A stretch of DNA of 64,000 nt from Leptonemataceae bacterium (GCA_965227295.1 OZ245742.1:320001-384000); one strand, 5' to 3'. Positions 10,193-20,627 are shown, counted from the first letter of the stretch. Translations and numbers: made by a program. Notes: generated by a model from the sequence alone, not told the origin.

Positions 10193-10366
10193 GCCGACGC
10201 CGCGCCGGAGAAATTCGCCAGGTTTTCGCCGCAGAGTCGCCGAGAGCGCGGAGACATTGTCTTGAGGGGTAGCGAAAGACCGCGAGCACGGCGAAAGGGT
10301 GGCCCTGGCTGTCCCGCAAACGTTTTTTGCTTTGCATCATATCTGCCGAAAATATAACAGAGGCGT

Positions 10367-11854
10367 ATGATGGAGCCGAAAACAGCCCCTGCACAGCAAT
10401 TATCCCGCAAATTCAGAATACTCATTCACTGTACGATCGCCGTTCTGCTGCTTACCGGCGGAACGCTCTTCGCCGATAGCCGCCCCGTCTATCACCGGGT
10501 GCGCTCCGGAGACACCCTGAGCGAGCTGGCGGTGAAGTACCGCACGTCCGTTTCTCGTCTCAAGAAGTGGAACGGCATTCGCAACGGTTCTTCGATTCGC
10601 ATCGGCCAGCGGCTTAAGGTCGGCTGGCGGAAAGTTAAGTCGAAGCAGGTCTCTTCCAGTCGCGCCGCGGCGGTGAGCTCGGCCTCCACCGGCCTTCGGA
10701 ACGTCTATTATCGCGTCCGCCGGGGAGATACCCTCAGCGAAATCGCCGTAAAGTACCGCACCAGCGTTTCCAGGCTGCGGCGCTGGAACGGTCTGAAGTC
10801 CGGTTCCGTGCTCCATGTCGGCAAACGACTCAAGGTAGGCGTACGCCGCGGCCTGGTGTGGCAGGAAATCTCACCGCACACCCAGGTCCGTGTGCCCGGC
10901 GGTTACAATCTGCGTAAGCCGCGCAGCCGCACCTTTGAAAACGATCACTTTCGCGCGGAAATCTTCGCGCGGCGCTTCGCCCGGGGCGAGGCCGTCTATC
11001 TCGAACTCCTCCCGCAAACGCGCAAGGATGCGAAGGCCTTCCCGGCCGGGTTCAGCCTTTCCTACGACGGCAAAAAAGTCCCGCTGTCCCGCACGTCCTT
11101 CGGCTACAGCGGTCTCTTCGCGTTGCCCCCGGGCAAGGCCGCCGGTCGCTACCGCCTGGTGATCAACGCCGATCACGGCGGCGACAAAGGTACGGAGAGT
11201 AAAAGTTACGTGTACAACCTCCCCGTCGCCGAAACGCGTTTCCGTACGCATACGCGCCGGGTCTATCTCGGCAACTACGATCGCCCGAAACCGGAACTTA
11301 CGCCGGAGCAAAAGCAAGCGCAAAAAGAAAAATGGGACCGCCGCCGTAAGCTGATCAGCGAAAGCAGCGCAAAGAAACGTGAGGTCTTCGGAATCTGGAG
11401 CGACAACTCCTTCAGCAATCGTCTGTCACATCCGCGCAATCTGCACAAAATCACGTCGCCCTTTTATACGAAGCGGCGCACCGTGCAGTGGTATCGCAAG
11501 GGCGGCAAGAAACACTTCAAGAAACCGCGTGTACGTTACCACGAGGGCACCGATTTGCGCGGCCGCTGGGGCGATCCCATTTACGCCATGGCCGACGGCA
11601 AGGTCGTTTGTGCGCAGCGCATGTACTTCGAAGGCAACTTCATCGTCATCGATCACGGCCAGGGCGTCTTCACGGGCTATATGCATCTCAGTAAGTTCAA
11701 CATTCGCGAAGGGGCTACCGTGCAGGCCGGCCAGTTGCTCGGCAAGGCCGGAGCCACGGGCGCGACCCGGGGTGCGCATCTCCACCTGAACCTGTGGATC
11801 CGCGGCGTGCCGGTGGAACCGCTGAGCCTGCTGTCGTTGCCGATTCGCCGCTGA
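10367..11854 (+). CDS. LysM-domain M23 family metallopeptidase
   Basis: Two LysM repeats (VRSGDTLSELA, VRRGDTLSEIA); HEGTD, YMHLS and GAHLHL zinc motifs. Confidence 0.93.
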   Translation: MMEPKTAPAQQLSRKFRILIHCTIAVLLLTGGTLFADSRPVYHRVRSGDTLSELAVKYRTSVSRLKKWNGIRNGSSIRIGQRLKVGWRKVKSKQVSSSRAAAVSSASTGLRNVYYRVRRGDTLSEIAVKYRTSVSRLRRWNGLKSGSVLHVGKRLKVGVRRGLVWQEISPHTQVRVPGGYNLRKPRSRTFENDHFRAEIFARRFARGEAVYLELLPQTRKDAKAFPAGFSLSYDGKKVPLSRTSFGYSGLFALPPGKAAGRYRLVINADHGGDKGTESKSYVYNLPVAETRFRTHTRRVYLGNYDRPKPELTPEQKQAQKEKWDRRRKLISESSAKKREVFGIWSDNSFSNRLSHPRNLHKITSPFYTKRRTVQWYRKGGKKHFKKPRVRYHEGTDLRGRWGDPIYAMADGKVVCAQRMYFEGNFIVIDHGQGVFTGYMHLSKFNIREGATVQAGQLLGKAGATGATRGAHLHLNLWIRGVPVEPLSLLSLPIRR

Positions 11855-11870
11855 AACGCTGAACATAGTT

Positions 11871-11904
11871 ACATCCCGCGCCGGTTTTTTCGCGCGCGGG
11901 ATGT
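11871..11904. terminator. Hairpin after the M23 gene
   Basis: ACATCCCGCGC / GCGCGGGATGT 11-bp inverted repeat; no clean U-tail. Confidence 0.45.
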
Positions 11905-11955
11905 CTACGGCCGCTAAGACGTTTACCTTTCGTTAGCTTTCGATACCCGTCACCT

Positions 11956-13365
11956 ATGGCGGGTCTGCTGTTACTCTACGTGCCCGGTGACTGGTCGCCC
12001 ACGGTGCAACGCACGCGGGAACTTCTTACGGCCGGCTCGAAGTCGATCAGCCGCATCGAGAAACTGATCCCCACCACGGCAAACGCCGGTCGGCGCGCCG
12101 CGATCCTCGCGACGGAACTGGCCAACTTCGAGGCCGTCATCGTCGTCTACGGCCCGGCCAGCTTCGGTTCGTCGTCGGTCATCGAAGACAACTCCGCGAG
12201 CTACCGGCGACGCCTGAATCTCGACGTGATCCTCACGGCACGCGAACAAGAAATACCTGTCGTCCTCATGCTCTGTGACGGGGCGCGCCCGCCCCATGAG
12301 TGGCCGGACCTGCCGCGCATCCTGGTCGCCCGGCATTCGGAAAGCGAAGCCCTGGAAGCATTGTACGATTTCCTGCTGGCGGGCGCCGGCGATGACGCCT
12401 CGCTCGCCCGGGAAGAAATCGACGCGTTGCTGTCCGGCGCTGACGATTTTAGCGGTGCGGACGATTTCAGCGGCGCGGACTACGGCGGCACACGCGAACG
12501 TCGCCGCACCGGGCCGCCGCAGCGACCGGAGAGAGTCGCCTTCCGGGCACACTATCCGCGCATACTTTACATTAAAGAACGTTACAGTTTGTTGATTTAC
12601 GCACACACGGATACGGAACGCATGCGCGACGCAGTAGATGAAGATGTGCGCAAGTTTGCCGAAGAACTCGGCGAAGAGCCCGCCGCCCGTTCCGGCCGAC
12701 AAAAGACGCAAATCCGTACCGGTACAATGTTAACGATCGTCCCCGAGGGCGACGGCCTGTTATTCGATCCGCCGGCGCTTACGAAGACCTGGCGGGGAGA
12801 TTGGTCCCGCTTCGCCTTCGACGTCGCGGCGGAAGACGATGCGATCGAAGACGAGAGCCTGCTGCTGCGCGTCTCGGTGCAAATCGGCGGTTTGGAAATC
12901 GCGCACATCACCTGCGGCGTGGACCTCGCCTCCGCCGACGCCGCCCGGACCAACCCGCTCTACGATGCAAAGCTGCGCGGCCGCAGCACGGCGCATCTGT
13001 ATCAGAAGATCTTTGTTTCGTACTCGCGCCGGGACAGTATCGTTACCGAGGCCTACCGCACGGCTCAGGCCGCCCTGGGCAACGAGGTCTTCATGGACTC
13101 CCACGATCTCAAACCCGGCGCCGACTGGCAGGCCGACCTCGCCCGCAGCATCGATTCCGCGGACGTCATGCAACTCTTCTGGTCGAAGCACGCCGCCCGT
13201 TCCCCGAACGTGCGCGACGAATGGGAGTACGCCCTGAAGCATCGCTGCCCCGGTGATCGCTGCGCGGGATTCATCCGCCCGGTCTTCTGGCAACGACCGC
13301 CGGCACCTCCGCCCGAAGAACTGGCGCATCTGAATTTTCGCTACGTTTCGCTGCGTGAGCGTTAG
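11956..13365 (+). CDS. TIR domain-containing protein (C-terminal TIR_2, degenerate N-terminal TIR-like domain)
   Basis: KIFVSYSRRD...VFMD...LKPGADW...SIDSADVMQLFWSKHAARSPNVRDEWEYAL. Confidence 0.88.
   Translation: MAGLLLLYVPGDWSPTVQRTRELLTAGSKSISRIEKLIPTTANAGRRAAILATELANFEAVIVVYGPASFGSSSVIEDNSASYRRRLNLDVILTAREQEIPVVLMLCDGARPPHEWPDLPRILVARHSESEALEALYDFLLAGAGDDASLAREEIDALLSGADDFSGADDFSGADYGGTRERRRTGPPQRPERVAFRAHYPRILYIKERYSLLIYAHTDTERMRDAVDEDVRKFAEELGEEPAARSGRQKTQIRTGTMLTIVPEGDGLLFDPPALTKTWRGDWSRFAFDVAAEDDAIEDESLLLRVSVQIGGLEIAHITCGVDLASADAARTNPLYDAKLRGRSTAHLYQKIFVSYSRRDSIVTEAYRTAQAALGNEVFMDSHDLKPGADWQADLARSIDSADVMQLFWSKHAARSPNVRDEWEYALKHRCPGDRCAGFIRPVFWQRPPAPPPEELAHLNFRYVSLRER
12436..12483 (+). 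repeat. 18-nt coding tandem repeat (GADDFS x2 plus GADY)
   Basis: ggcgctgacgattttagc ggtgcggacgatttcagc ggcgcggactac. Confidence 0.8.
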
Positions 13366-13468
13366 TGATTTTCGCCGGAACCTCCGCGCGAGTCCGCGAC
13401 CTGGAACGGCGGCCGACCGAACACGCGCTTTGACTTGACGGATTCCTGCGCTGCGACATCGTCTGTGA

Positions 13469-14077
13469 ATGGCCGCGCGTAAGAAGTCCGCAAAATCCGC
13501 GAAACCCACCGCGAAGAAAAAATCGAAAACGACGGCAAAGAAGAAAGCGGCGGCCGCATCGCCCCCGTCGCCCGTTCCGCCGCCGCCGGCCGGTGATCCG
13601 CGCCGCCTGCGCGGTCCGGTCATGGTTTTCACCGCCCTGACCATCACCGCCTTCGTGCTGATATACTTCATCTATGCCGGTGCCGGTCTCCGTACCGCGC
13701 CGCGCGTCGTACATACGGAGAGCGATGCCGCGGGGGAACGGGCCTTCGTCGAGGGCCTGCAGGTTCGTTACGAAAAGAAAGACGTCAGCGTACCGGCGCC
13801 GGCCCGGGATGATCTACGCCGGGTTGTGGCCTATCTCCAATCGAATTCCCGACAGCGGCTCCGCATTGTCGGATACACCTGCAACATCGGCACGCCGGAG
13901 GACAACGTCGAACTGTCCGAACAGCGAGCGAAGGTCGTCCGGGATTTTCTCATCGCCGCGGGAGCACCGGAAGACCGCCTGGACTTTGAAGGTGCAGGGG
14001 AAAGCGATCCGGTGGCGTCCAACTCCAGCGAGGCCGGACGCATTCGTAACCGACGCGTGGAGTTTCGTCTTCAGTAA
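13469..14077 (+). CDS. OmpA-family peptidoglycan-binding protein with one TM anchor
   Basis: IVGYTCNIG...NVELSEQRAKVV...GESDPVASN...GRIRNRRVEF. Confidence 0.92.
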   Translation: MAARKKSAKSAKPTAKKKSKTTAKKKAAAASPPSPVPPPPAGDPRRLRGPVMVFTALTITAFVLIYFIYAGAGLRTAPRVVHTESDAAGERAFVEGLQVRYEKKDVSVPAPARDDLRRVVAYLQSNSRQRLRIVGYTCNIGTPEDNVELSEQRAKVVRDFLIAAGAPEDRLDFEGAGESDPVASNSSEAGRIRNRRVEFRLQ

Positions 14078-14097
14078 AGCTAAGGATTTTTGATTCG

Positions 14098-14892
14098 ATG
14101 TTAGACGATTCCACGCGCGCGTTCTTCAACCGGGAGAGCCGGTTGTTCCAGGCTTCCCTGAGAGCTTCGGTGTACTTCGTGGCCGTACTCTGGGCGGTGC
14201 ATCTTGCGGACATCGTCGTGCCCGTCGACTTCGGCCGTTTCGGCATCGTGCCGCGCAGTCCCGAGGGGGCGCGGGGGATCTTGTTCGCGCCGTTACTCCA
14301 CGGCGACTTCACGCATCTCATTTCCAATTCGGTACCGCTCGTCGTGCTCGGCACGGGACTGCTGTACCTCTATCGCCGCGTATCGTGGTGGGTGGTTTTG
14401 ATCGTCTACGTACTCGGCGGCGCGGGCGTATGGCTCTTCGCGCGGCCGGCGTCCGTGCACATCGGCGCGAGTGGTCTCATTTACGGCTTCGCGGCGTTCA
14501 TCTTTTTCAGCGGGCTCCTGCGCCGCGATCCGCCGTCCATCGCTCTCGCGTTGGTGGTAACGTTTTTGTACGGCGGCATGGTCTGGGGCGTGTTGCCTCT
14601 CGAAGATGGCGTTTCTTTCGAAGCGCATCTGGCGGGGGCCCTTTCGGGAATTCTGTGCGCCGTGCTCTTTCGCAACGCCGCCCGGCCGCCGAACCTTCAG
14701 AAGCCGCCGGGCGACGACGATGACTATCCGGAAGACGAGGACGAACTGGATGATCCCGCGCGCTTCGATCCGCGGGCGGCGCACGACTACGAATCCGAAG
14801 CATCCCGCGACGCGAATCACTTCAACGACGACGCGGCCCGCAATCGCCGGCGCCTGCGGGACATCATCGATGAGATCGGCGACAACTGGTAA
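14098..14892 (+). CDS. Rhomboid family intramembrane serine protease
   Basis: LHGDFTHLISN, HIGASGLIYG, SFEAHLAG. Confidence 0.93.
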   Translation: MLDDSTRAFFNRESRLFQASLRASVYFVAVLWAVHLADIVVPVDFGRFGIVPRSPEGARGILFAPLLHGDFTHLISNSVPLVVLGTGLLYLYRRVSWWVVLIVYVLGGAGVWLFARPASVHIGASGLIYGFAAFIFFSGLLRRDPPSIALALVVTFLYGGMVWGVLPLEDGVSFEAHLAGALSGILCAVLFRNAARPPNLQKPPGDDDDYPEDEDELDDPARFDPRAAHDYESEASRDANHFNDDAARNRRRLRDIIDEIGDNW

Positions 14893-14984
14893 GACGCTTA
14901 TGTCCCGTGATCAATATCGGGAACTACTCTTCGTATCTCAAAAAATCGTTGCCCGGTTGCACTCTAAGGTCTCACTGACTGTGA

Positions 14985-17672
14985 GTGAGTGCCCGCCCTC
15001 CGCGCAATTCCACGGCCCGCACAGGCGCGGCGAAGGCCCTTTGTTTCGTAGTTTTACTTTTCGCGGCTCCCGGCGCGCTCGTTGCTCAGACACATTCCGC
15101 GCCGTCCATTCCGTTGAACGGCCTGGACTGGTACATTGCGCGCGGCTTCGATGCAAACGTGTTTGAGCTTTCGCCGGATGCTTTTTGGCCCGGCGAAACG
15201 GCGGCATCGCTCACCTTCGATCAGGTCGTCCAATTCCCCGTACAAATCTTTCGCATGTACCCCGAACTGCGACAGAACTGTACGCAATGCTTCGAGACCT
15301 TCACGCTCGTAACCTACTTCGATGCGCCGGAAGCATTGCGCAAGGGGCGACCGCAGCCGGGCATCCTCTTTGCCGAAATCGGCGAGGCGTTCGAAGTTTA
15401 TGTGAACGGAAAACTCATCGCGAAAGAGGGCATCGTTCGCGACGGCGACGTACGCTTTCATCGCACGGTGCGCAGCGTGGTCTACGAGATCGACGCGAAC
15501 GAACTGCGGGCCAGGGACAATCAGCTCGTGCTCAAACTCATGGGCGATCCGCGGTACCAGCACTTCGGCCTGTATGTGGATCGCGGCTACGAGATCGGCT
15601 TCTACGCGGAACTGCGCACGAAGGTCCGGGACAACATCGCCCTGTTTCTACTGAGCCTGTATCTCTTCGCGGGTTTGTATCATCTGCTGCTGGCTTCGGT
15701 CCGCCGTAAGGAACGGTACAATCTCTACTTCGGTGTCTTCTGCCTGGTCTTTTTCGTGTACCGCTGCACCCGCACGCCGATTATCTTCGAGTTACCCCTG
15801 GACTCGCTGTTCATCCGTCGCCTGGAACTGACAGTGCTGTATACGTTCGGGCCTTTGCTTACGGCGTTCTTCGACGATTACTTCGTCGGCCGCGTCTCAC
15901 GGTTGATCAAAGGCTACGCGATTTTTTGCGCCCTGCTCATCATCCCGAATCTCGTGCTCCCCATTCACCACGCCGAGTGGCCGTTCATTCGCATGTGGCA
16001 GGCGTCGATTCTACTCCTGGCGTTCCCGTATATCTTTTATCATCTCGCCCGGGCGACGATCAAACGTCTGCGCGGCGCCCGGCGTCTTTTGGCCGGCACC
16101 ATCCTGTTGTTCATTACGGCCGCCTTCGATATTGCCGACGCGGCGTACATGAACACCGGCATTGCGCTCACGAAGTACGGCCTGTTCTTGTTCGTCCTCG
16201 GCATCGCCTTAATCCTCGCGGATCGTTTCTTAAGACTGCACATCGAAGTCGAAGATCTGAACCGCACCCTCGAAAAGCGCGTGGAGGATCGCACCGGTCA
16301 GTTAAACCGCGCCCTGGGAGATTTACGCCAGACCTACGATGAGCTGCGCCAGCTCAAAGAAAAACAGGACGCCGATTATTATCTCACGTCGCTGTTGCTC
16401 CGACCGCTCAGTCTGAACCAGGCCGATGCCGATCGCGTGCGCGTGGAGTTTCACGTTCGCCAGAAGAAGGTCTTTCGTTTCCGGCGTTGGGAAAGCGAGA
16501 TCGGCGGGGACCTGTGCATCTCGAACTCCATCGTCCTGCGCGGCCGGCGCTACACGGCCTTCATCAACGCCGACGCTATGGGCAAGTCCATCCAGGGCGC
16601 CGGCGGCGCGTTAGTCCTCGGCGTCGTTTACAACTCCATGATCTCGCGGACCATCTCGTCCTTCGCCAATCAGAATCGTTTTCCGGAGCAATGGCTGAAG
16701 GCGAACTTCATCGAACTCCAGGACATCTTCCAGAGTTTCGACGGCCTCATGTCCGTCACCGCGCTCATGGGCCTGGTCGACGAAGAGAACGGTTTCACGT
16801 ACTATCTCAACGCCGAGCATCCGCGTTCGGTCTTGTATCGCGACGAGCGCGCGAGCTTTTTGCATCACAGCCGGCGTTATCTTAAGATCGGCAGCCCGGC
16901 CTTCGAAGGCCCGCTCATCGTCGACACCTTCGCCATGAAACCCGGCGACGTGATTCTCCACGGCTCCGATGGACGCGACGATCTCTACATCGGCGAGAAC
17001 GCCGACGGCACTCTGGAAGTGGTTTCCACCGAAGAAGACTTTCTGCTGCGGGTCGAAGAAGGGCGCGGCATCCTGCGCGAAATCGACGAGGCCATTCGCC
17101 GCTGCGGCGAGATGGTGGACGACATCTCGCTGCTACGCATCAGCTTTCTGGAAGATGCGCCGGCCGTGCCGGAAGAGAATCTGCCGCCGCAGTACGAAGA
17201 ACACCGCGACGCCGGGCGCCGGGCTTTCGCGGCCGGCGATTTTACGGCGACGCGACGACACTACGAGCAGGCGTTGGAATATTTTGACGGCGACGCCCGC
17301 GATGCCCTTGAGTTTGCGCGGGCGTGTGAAAAGCTGGAGGACTACGAGCGCATCGGCGATTGCATCGAAGATTGCACGGGACGATTCCCCGGCGAGGACG
17401 AATTGATTTTGATCGGCGCCCGGGCCTACAAACACCTGGGCCGCTACGAAACCGCGGCGGACTACGGTGAACGCATTCGCCTGCGCAATCCCCGTCACGT
17501 CGAGAATCTACTCAACCTGGCCGACGTCTATCGTCACCTGGAACACTATCCGAGCTTTGAACGCATTGTGGACGAATTGCTCGACATCGATCCCGACAAC
17601 GCCGGGGCGGTGGAGTTGATTCGGGCCGTGTTCGGAGAATATCCCATCCCGCCGGAACGACGCTCACACTAA
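14985..17672 (+). CDS. 7TM-DISM-like sensor with SpoIIE (PP2C) phosphatase and C-terminal TPR-like repeats
   Basis: Periplasmic beta domain and about 7 TM helices; EIGGDL, ADAMGKSIQGAGGA, NAEHP, SDG and DDISLL motifs. Confidence 0.88.
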   Translation: MSARPPRNSTARTGAAKALCFVVLLFAAPGALVAQTHSAPSIPLNGLDWYIARGFDANVFELSPDAFWPGETAASLTFDQVVQFPVQIFRMYPELRQNCTQCFETFTLVTYFDAPEALRKGRPQPGILFAEIGEAFEVYVNGKLIAKEGIVRDGDVRFHRTVRSVVYEIDANELRARDNQLVLKLMGDPRYQHFGLYVDRGYEIGFYAELRTKVRDNIALFLLSLYLFAGLYHLLLASVRRKERYNLYFGVFCLVFFVYRCTRTPIIFELPLDSLFIRRLELTVLYTFGPLLTAFFDDYFVGRVSRLIKGYAIFCALLIIPNLVLPIHHAEWPFIRMWQASILLLAFPYIFYHLARATIKRLRGARRLLAGTILLFITAAFDIADAAYMNTGIALTKYGLFLFVLGIALILADRFLRLHIEVEDLNRTLEKRVEDRTGQLNRALGDLRQTYDELRQLKEKQDADYYLTSLLLRPLSLNQADADRVRVEFHVRQKKVFRFRRWESEIGGDLCISNSIVLRGRRYTAFINADAMGKSIQGAGGALVLGVVYNSMISRTISSFANQNRFPEQWLKANFIELQDIFQSFDGLMSVTALMGLVDEENGFTYYLNAEHPRSVLYRDERASFLHHSRRYLKIGSPAFEGPLIVDTFAMKPGDVILHGSDGRDDLYIGENADGTLEVVSTEEDFLLRVEEGRGILREIDEAIRRCGEMVDDISLLRISFLEDAPAVPEENLPPQYEEHRDAGRRAFAAGDFTATRRHYEQALEYFDGDARDALEFARACEKLEDYERIGDCIEDCTGRFPGEDELILIGARAYKHLGRYETAADYGERIRLRNPRHVENLLNLADVYRHLEHYPSFERIVDELLDIDPDNAGAVELIRAVFGEYPIPPERRSH

Positions 17673-19192
17673 CCGTGCCGACGACCGAAGAAGGCCCGCA
17701 GACGCAGGCCCGCAAAAAAGTTGGCGAGGCGCACACTGGCCCGGTAGCCCGCGTTGATGAGTCGATGGTTCCACTTGTGTTGCAAGACACCATCCGCCGT
17801 CATATGATCGGCCATGGAATGCCAGACCTGTTCCCAACGAAACGGATCCAGGCCGAGACCGTAGGACGGCACCCGTCGGTGAATCTGGATTACATCGTGC
17901 TCCAGGTCGCCGTACTTCGGGATGCGATACTGAATGCCGGTCTTCTGGAATCCGATGTCCCGGTAGATTTTCCATAGATGTTTGTCGGAACCGGCAATAA
18001 ACTTCGCCCGACCGGAAGTTATGAGAACGTGAAACAATCGTTCGAACATGCCGTGCAATATGTCGCTCTTGCGATAGTCGTGATGAATGCACAGCCCGGC
18101 GACTTCGATCATTGTGGCCGGAAGTCCCAGTTTCTGAAACTCTTCGGGCGGGACCAGCTTTTGAATCTCGAACTTGTTTTGTTCTCCGTCCGCAAACAGG
18201 ATCGTCACGGAAGCCACCAGGCGATCGTGGTGCCACGCCGTGAGAATGCGGCTGAACTGATCGTAATCGTACGTTACCGCGCCGAGGTCGGCGTCTCGAT
18301 CGATCTTACCCACCGCGGAATAGGTCGCGAGGCGCAGCCGACGCACGGCCTCGTAATCCTCCGGCGTCCGGGAGTAGCGGAAATTGATGACGCTCTTAAC
18401 GTCCTCGGTCACGAAGCCGACCTTTTTCAGTTTGATCGGCTCCCAGTCGAGGAACTGCAGGACGTACTGCACAATGCCCTTTTCCGTACTCGCCGGCAGG
18501 TCTTCGATGCGAATGGAAAATTCCACGCCGCCGTTCTCATCGTCCCAAACCCGCACGACCCGGCCGACCACCGGCTCCGTGGCAAAAAAGGTGCTGAGAT
18601 CGAAGTTGATGGTCATATCCGGAAAGACCACAAAAGAGCGATCGTAACATCGCGCGACAAAAAGTTTGCGCGAGAGAGCCGCGACTTTGATGAGGGAACG
18701 ATGATCGTACAAAAACGGATGCACGGCCAGGCCGGCAATTTCCACATCTCCCGGCAGATGCAACAACCGAATGCTCTTGCCGCCGCCGAGATCCTTAAGT
18801 TCCGGGCGCTCGGAGTTTACCCGCCGCAGCCCCAGGCGAACGCGTCCCTTTGTGCCGGCTTCTTTGCGAATGACCCGGCATTGAAAATCGAACCGTCGCC
18901 GCATGAACTGAAACGATACGTCCACCGTGGAATCCACGGTCACGCCCTGGATGGCCACGGCGCGGGCGGTCTCTACGCCGAAGCCCGTGGACGAGTAGTC
19001 CATGACCAGCAGCGGAATGGGAGAGTGGTTCGGGAGATGCAACGAGGCGGAGACCCCTTCTCCGCGACGAACTTCTACACGTCCGGCGCGCCGCTGCTCC
19101 AGACGCTCCCGGGCCGAGAGGGTCGGCGGAGTTCTCTTCGGGGATTTCGATTTCGTTGATTTTTTCGAGGAGCGTTGAGCCACGGCCTTCAA
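17669..19192 (-). CDS. PilZ-domain protein fused to a GNAT (FeeM/N-acyl amino acid synthase-like) domain
   Basis: QRRAGR (RxxxR) and DYSSTG (DxSxxG); C-terminal YEAVRRLRLATY...IEVAGLCIHHDYRK; start codon uncertain. Confidence 0.75.
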   Translation of the reverse strand: MKAVAQRSSKKSTKSKSPKRTPPTLSARERLEQRRAGRVEVRRGEGVSASLHLPNHSPIPLLVMDYSSTGFGVETARAVAIQGVTVDSTVDVSFQFMRRRFDFQCRVIRKEAGTKGRVRLGLRRVNSERPELKDLGGGKSIRLLHLPGDVEIAGLAVHPFLYDHRSLIKVAALSRKLFVARCYDRSFVVFPDMTINFDLSTFFATEPVVGRVVRVWDDENGGVEFSIRIEDLPASTEKGIVQYVLQFLDWEPIKLKKVGFVTEDVKSVINFRYSRTPEDYEAVRRLRLATYSAVGKIDRDADLGAVTYDYDQFSRILTAWHHDRLVASVTILFADGEQNKFEIQKLVPPEEFQKLGLPATMIEVAGLCIHHDYRKSDILHGMFERLFHVLITSGRAKFIAGSDKHLWKIYRDIGFQKTGIQYRIPKYGDLEHDVIQIHRRVPSYGLGLDPFRWEQVWHSMADHMTADGVLQHKWNHRLINAGYRASVRLANFFAGLRLRAFFGRRHG

Positions 19193-19356
19193 GCAATCAG
19201 TACGACGAATCTAATGGCAAGCGAAAATGAAGGTGATTTCAGAATCATCTCGCGCGCCGTCGCCATGCACCAGGAGCTGAGCGATTTTAACTTTTTGCGA
19301 AGGGAACTTAACCTTCCGCCAACCGATGTCGACGTCAGCGGCCCCGGCGGCATGAC

Positions 19357-19995
19357 TCACACTTTCAGCGTGCCGCTCTGCATGGCCGTCTTGAAGAACT
19401 CAATGCCGTCTTCGATGGGATCGTTCCCGGTGGCGCCCGTGCGCAGCAGGTCCGTCATGTCCAGGACGATGAGGCCGTAGATCCAGGCCCAGAGCGTGCT
19501 GGCAATGGCGCGGTAACGATCGGGGGGGTACATGATTTCGCCGTTGTTGATGCCCCGGCGCAGGGCTTCGAGGAATACGCGATAGCTCGTCGGTAGTTTG
19601 CGAAAGGACTTTCGGTACAAACCCATGTTGATCATGAGTTTGTGCAACTCACGATTCGTCGTGGCGAACTTCCAGTAGGTCCGCGCGAGGATTTCCAGCT
19701 CCGTGTATACGTCCAGCTTGCGTCCGGCGACGGCGTCCCGCAACATTTGCGTGAGCTGGAGTTCACCGTTAATGATGAGGCTCTGGATGATGGCTTCCTG
19801 GCTTTCGAAGTAAGCGTAGGGGCTGGCGACGCTGCACTGTAGAACGTGAGCAATGCGGCGCATGCTGAGTTTTTCCAGGCCTTCGTCCTGGATAATCGTA
19901 AGGGCCGCTTCGAGAATTTCTTCGCGGCTGAGACTACCGCGGGTACGGCGGGGATGACCGGGATTCGAAGTCGCCATCCCCGGCAGTATGCCCAT
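19357..19995 (-). CDS. TetR/AcrR family transcriptional regulator
   Basis: EILEAALTII...LSMRRIA...SPYAYF HTH; WAWIYG C-terminal motif. Confidence 0.92.
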   Translation of the reverse strand: MGILPGMATSNPGHPRRTRGSLSREEILEAALTIIQDEGLEKLSMRRIAHVLQCSVASPYAYFESQEAIIQSLIINGELQLTQMLRDAVAGRKLDVYTELEILARTYWKFATTNRELHKLMINMGLYRKSFRKLPTSYRVFLEALRRGINNGEIMYPPDRYRAIASTLWAWIYGLIVLDMTDLLRTGATGNDPIEDGIEFFKTAMQSGTLKV

Positions 19996-20129
19996 CGTGA
20001 AAAAGGGCGCAAGAAAAAAGCGTTGTTGTGAATTGTTCTTGCTTCCCCCGCAGAAGAACGCACTTTCCAGTTGATATCCCGTCCAACTTGCAGCCGGCCC
20101 CGCCGGTAAATTCCCTCAGGAGCACATCA

Positions 20130-20621
20130 ATGAAATCACGCATTTCCTATGCTGTCGCAGCTTTCGCCGCCGCGAGTGTATTCGGCGCCGCGCTCTTCGC
20201 GGATACCCTTTCGCATTCCACCGCCGGCGTAAACATCTGGGTCCCGGACAATTGGTCTCAGGAAGGCGACGACAACATGCTCATCGCCGGTGATCCGAAC
20301 GAAGAGATCATCATGGTTTTCGGCATCCTCGAAGCGAGCGAAATCGACGCCGCCATCGAAGAGATGGATCGCGAGCTGAGCCAGATCGTCGAAAACGCCG
20401 AGCCCGTCGGCGAACCGGAAGAAGTCAAGATCAACGGCATGGACGCTATCGTCATGGACGGCAAAGGCAGCGTCGAAGGTACACCGGTGGAAATGGGCAT
20501 CGCCCTCATCGCCACGCCGAACAAAAAGATCCTGCTGGTCTTCGGTGTCGTTGAAGCCACGGCCGCCGAGAAACACGAGGCGACGGTGGAGAAGATCATG
20601 ATGGGCATTAAGCCGATGTAA
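20130..20621 (+). CDS. Secreted hypothetical protein
   Basis: AGGAG RBS; signal peptide MKSRISYAVAAFAAASVFGAALFA; acidic mature domain. Confidence 0.8.
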   Translation: MKSRISYAVAAFAAASVFGAALFADTLSHSTAGVNIWVPDNWSQEGDDNMLIAGDPNEEIIMVFGILEASEIDAAIEEMDRELSQIVENAEPVGEPEEVKINGMDAIVMDGKGSVEGTPVEMGIALIATPNKKILLVFGVVEATAAEKHEATVEKIMMGIKPM

Positions 20622-20627
20622 GGGAAG

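Noticed and set aside
10192-10367. c-di-AMP or c-di-GMP riboswitch ahead of the LysM/M23 gene
   Set aside because: GAAA-containing stems are present, but the conserved ydaO and GEMM core sequences are not
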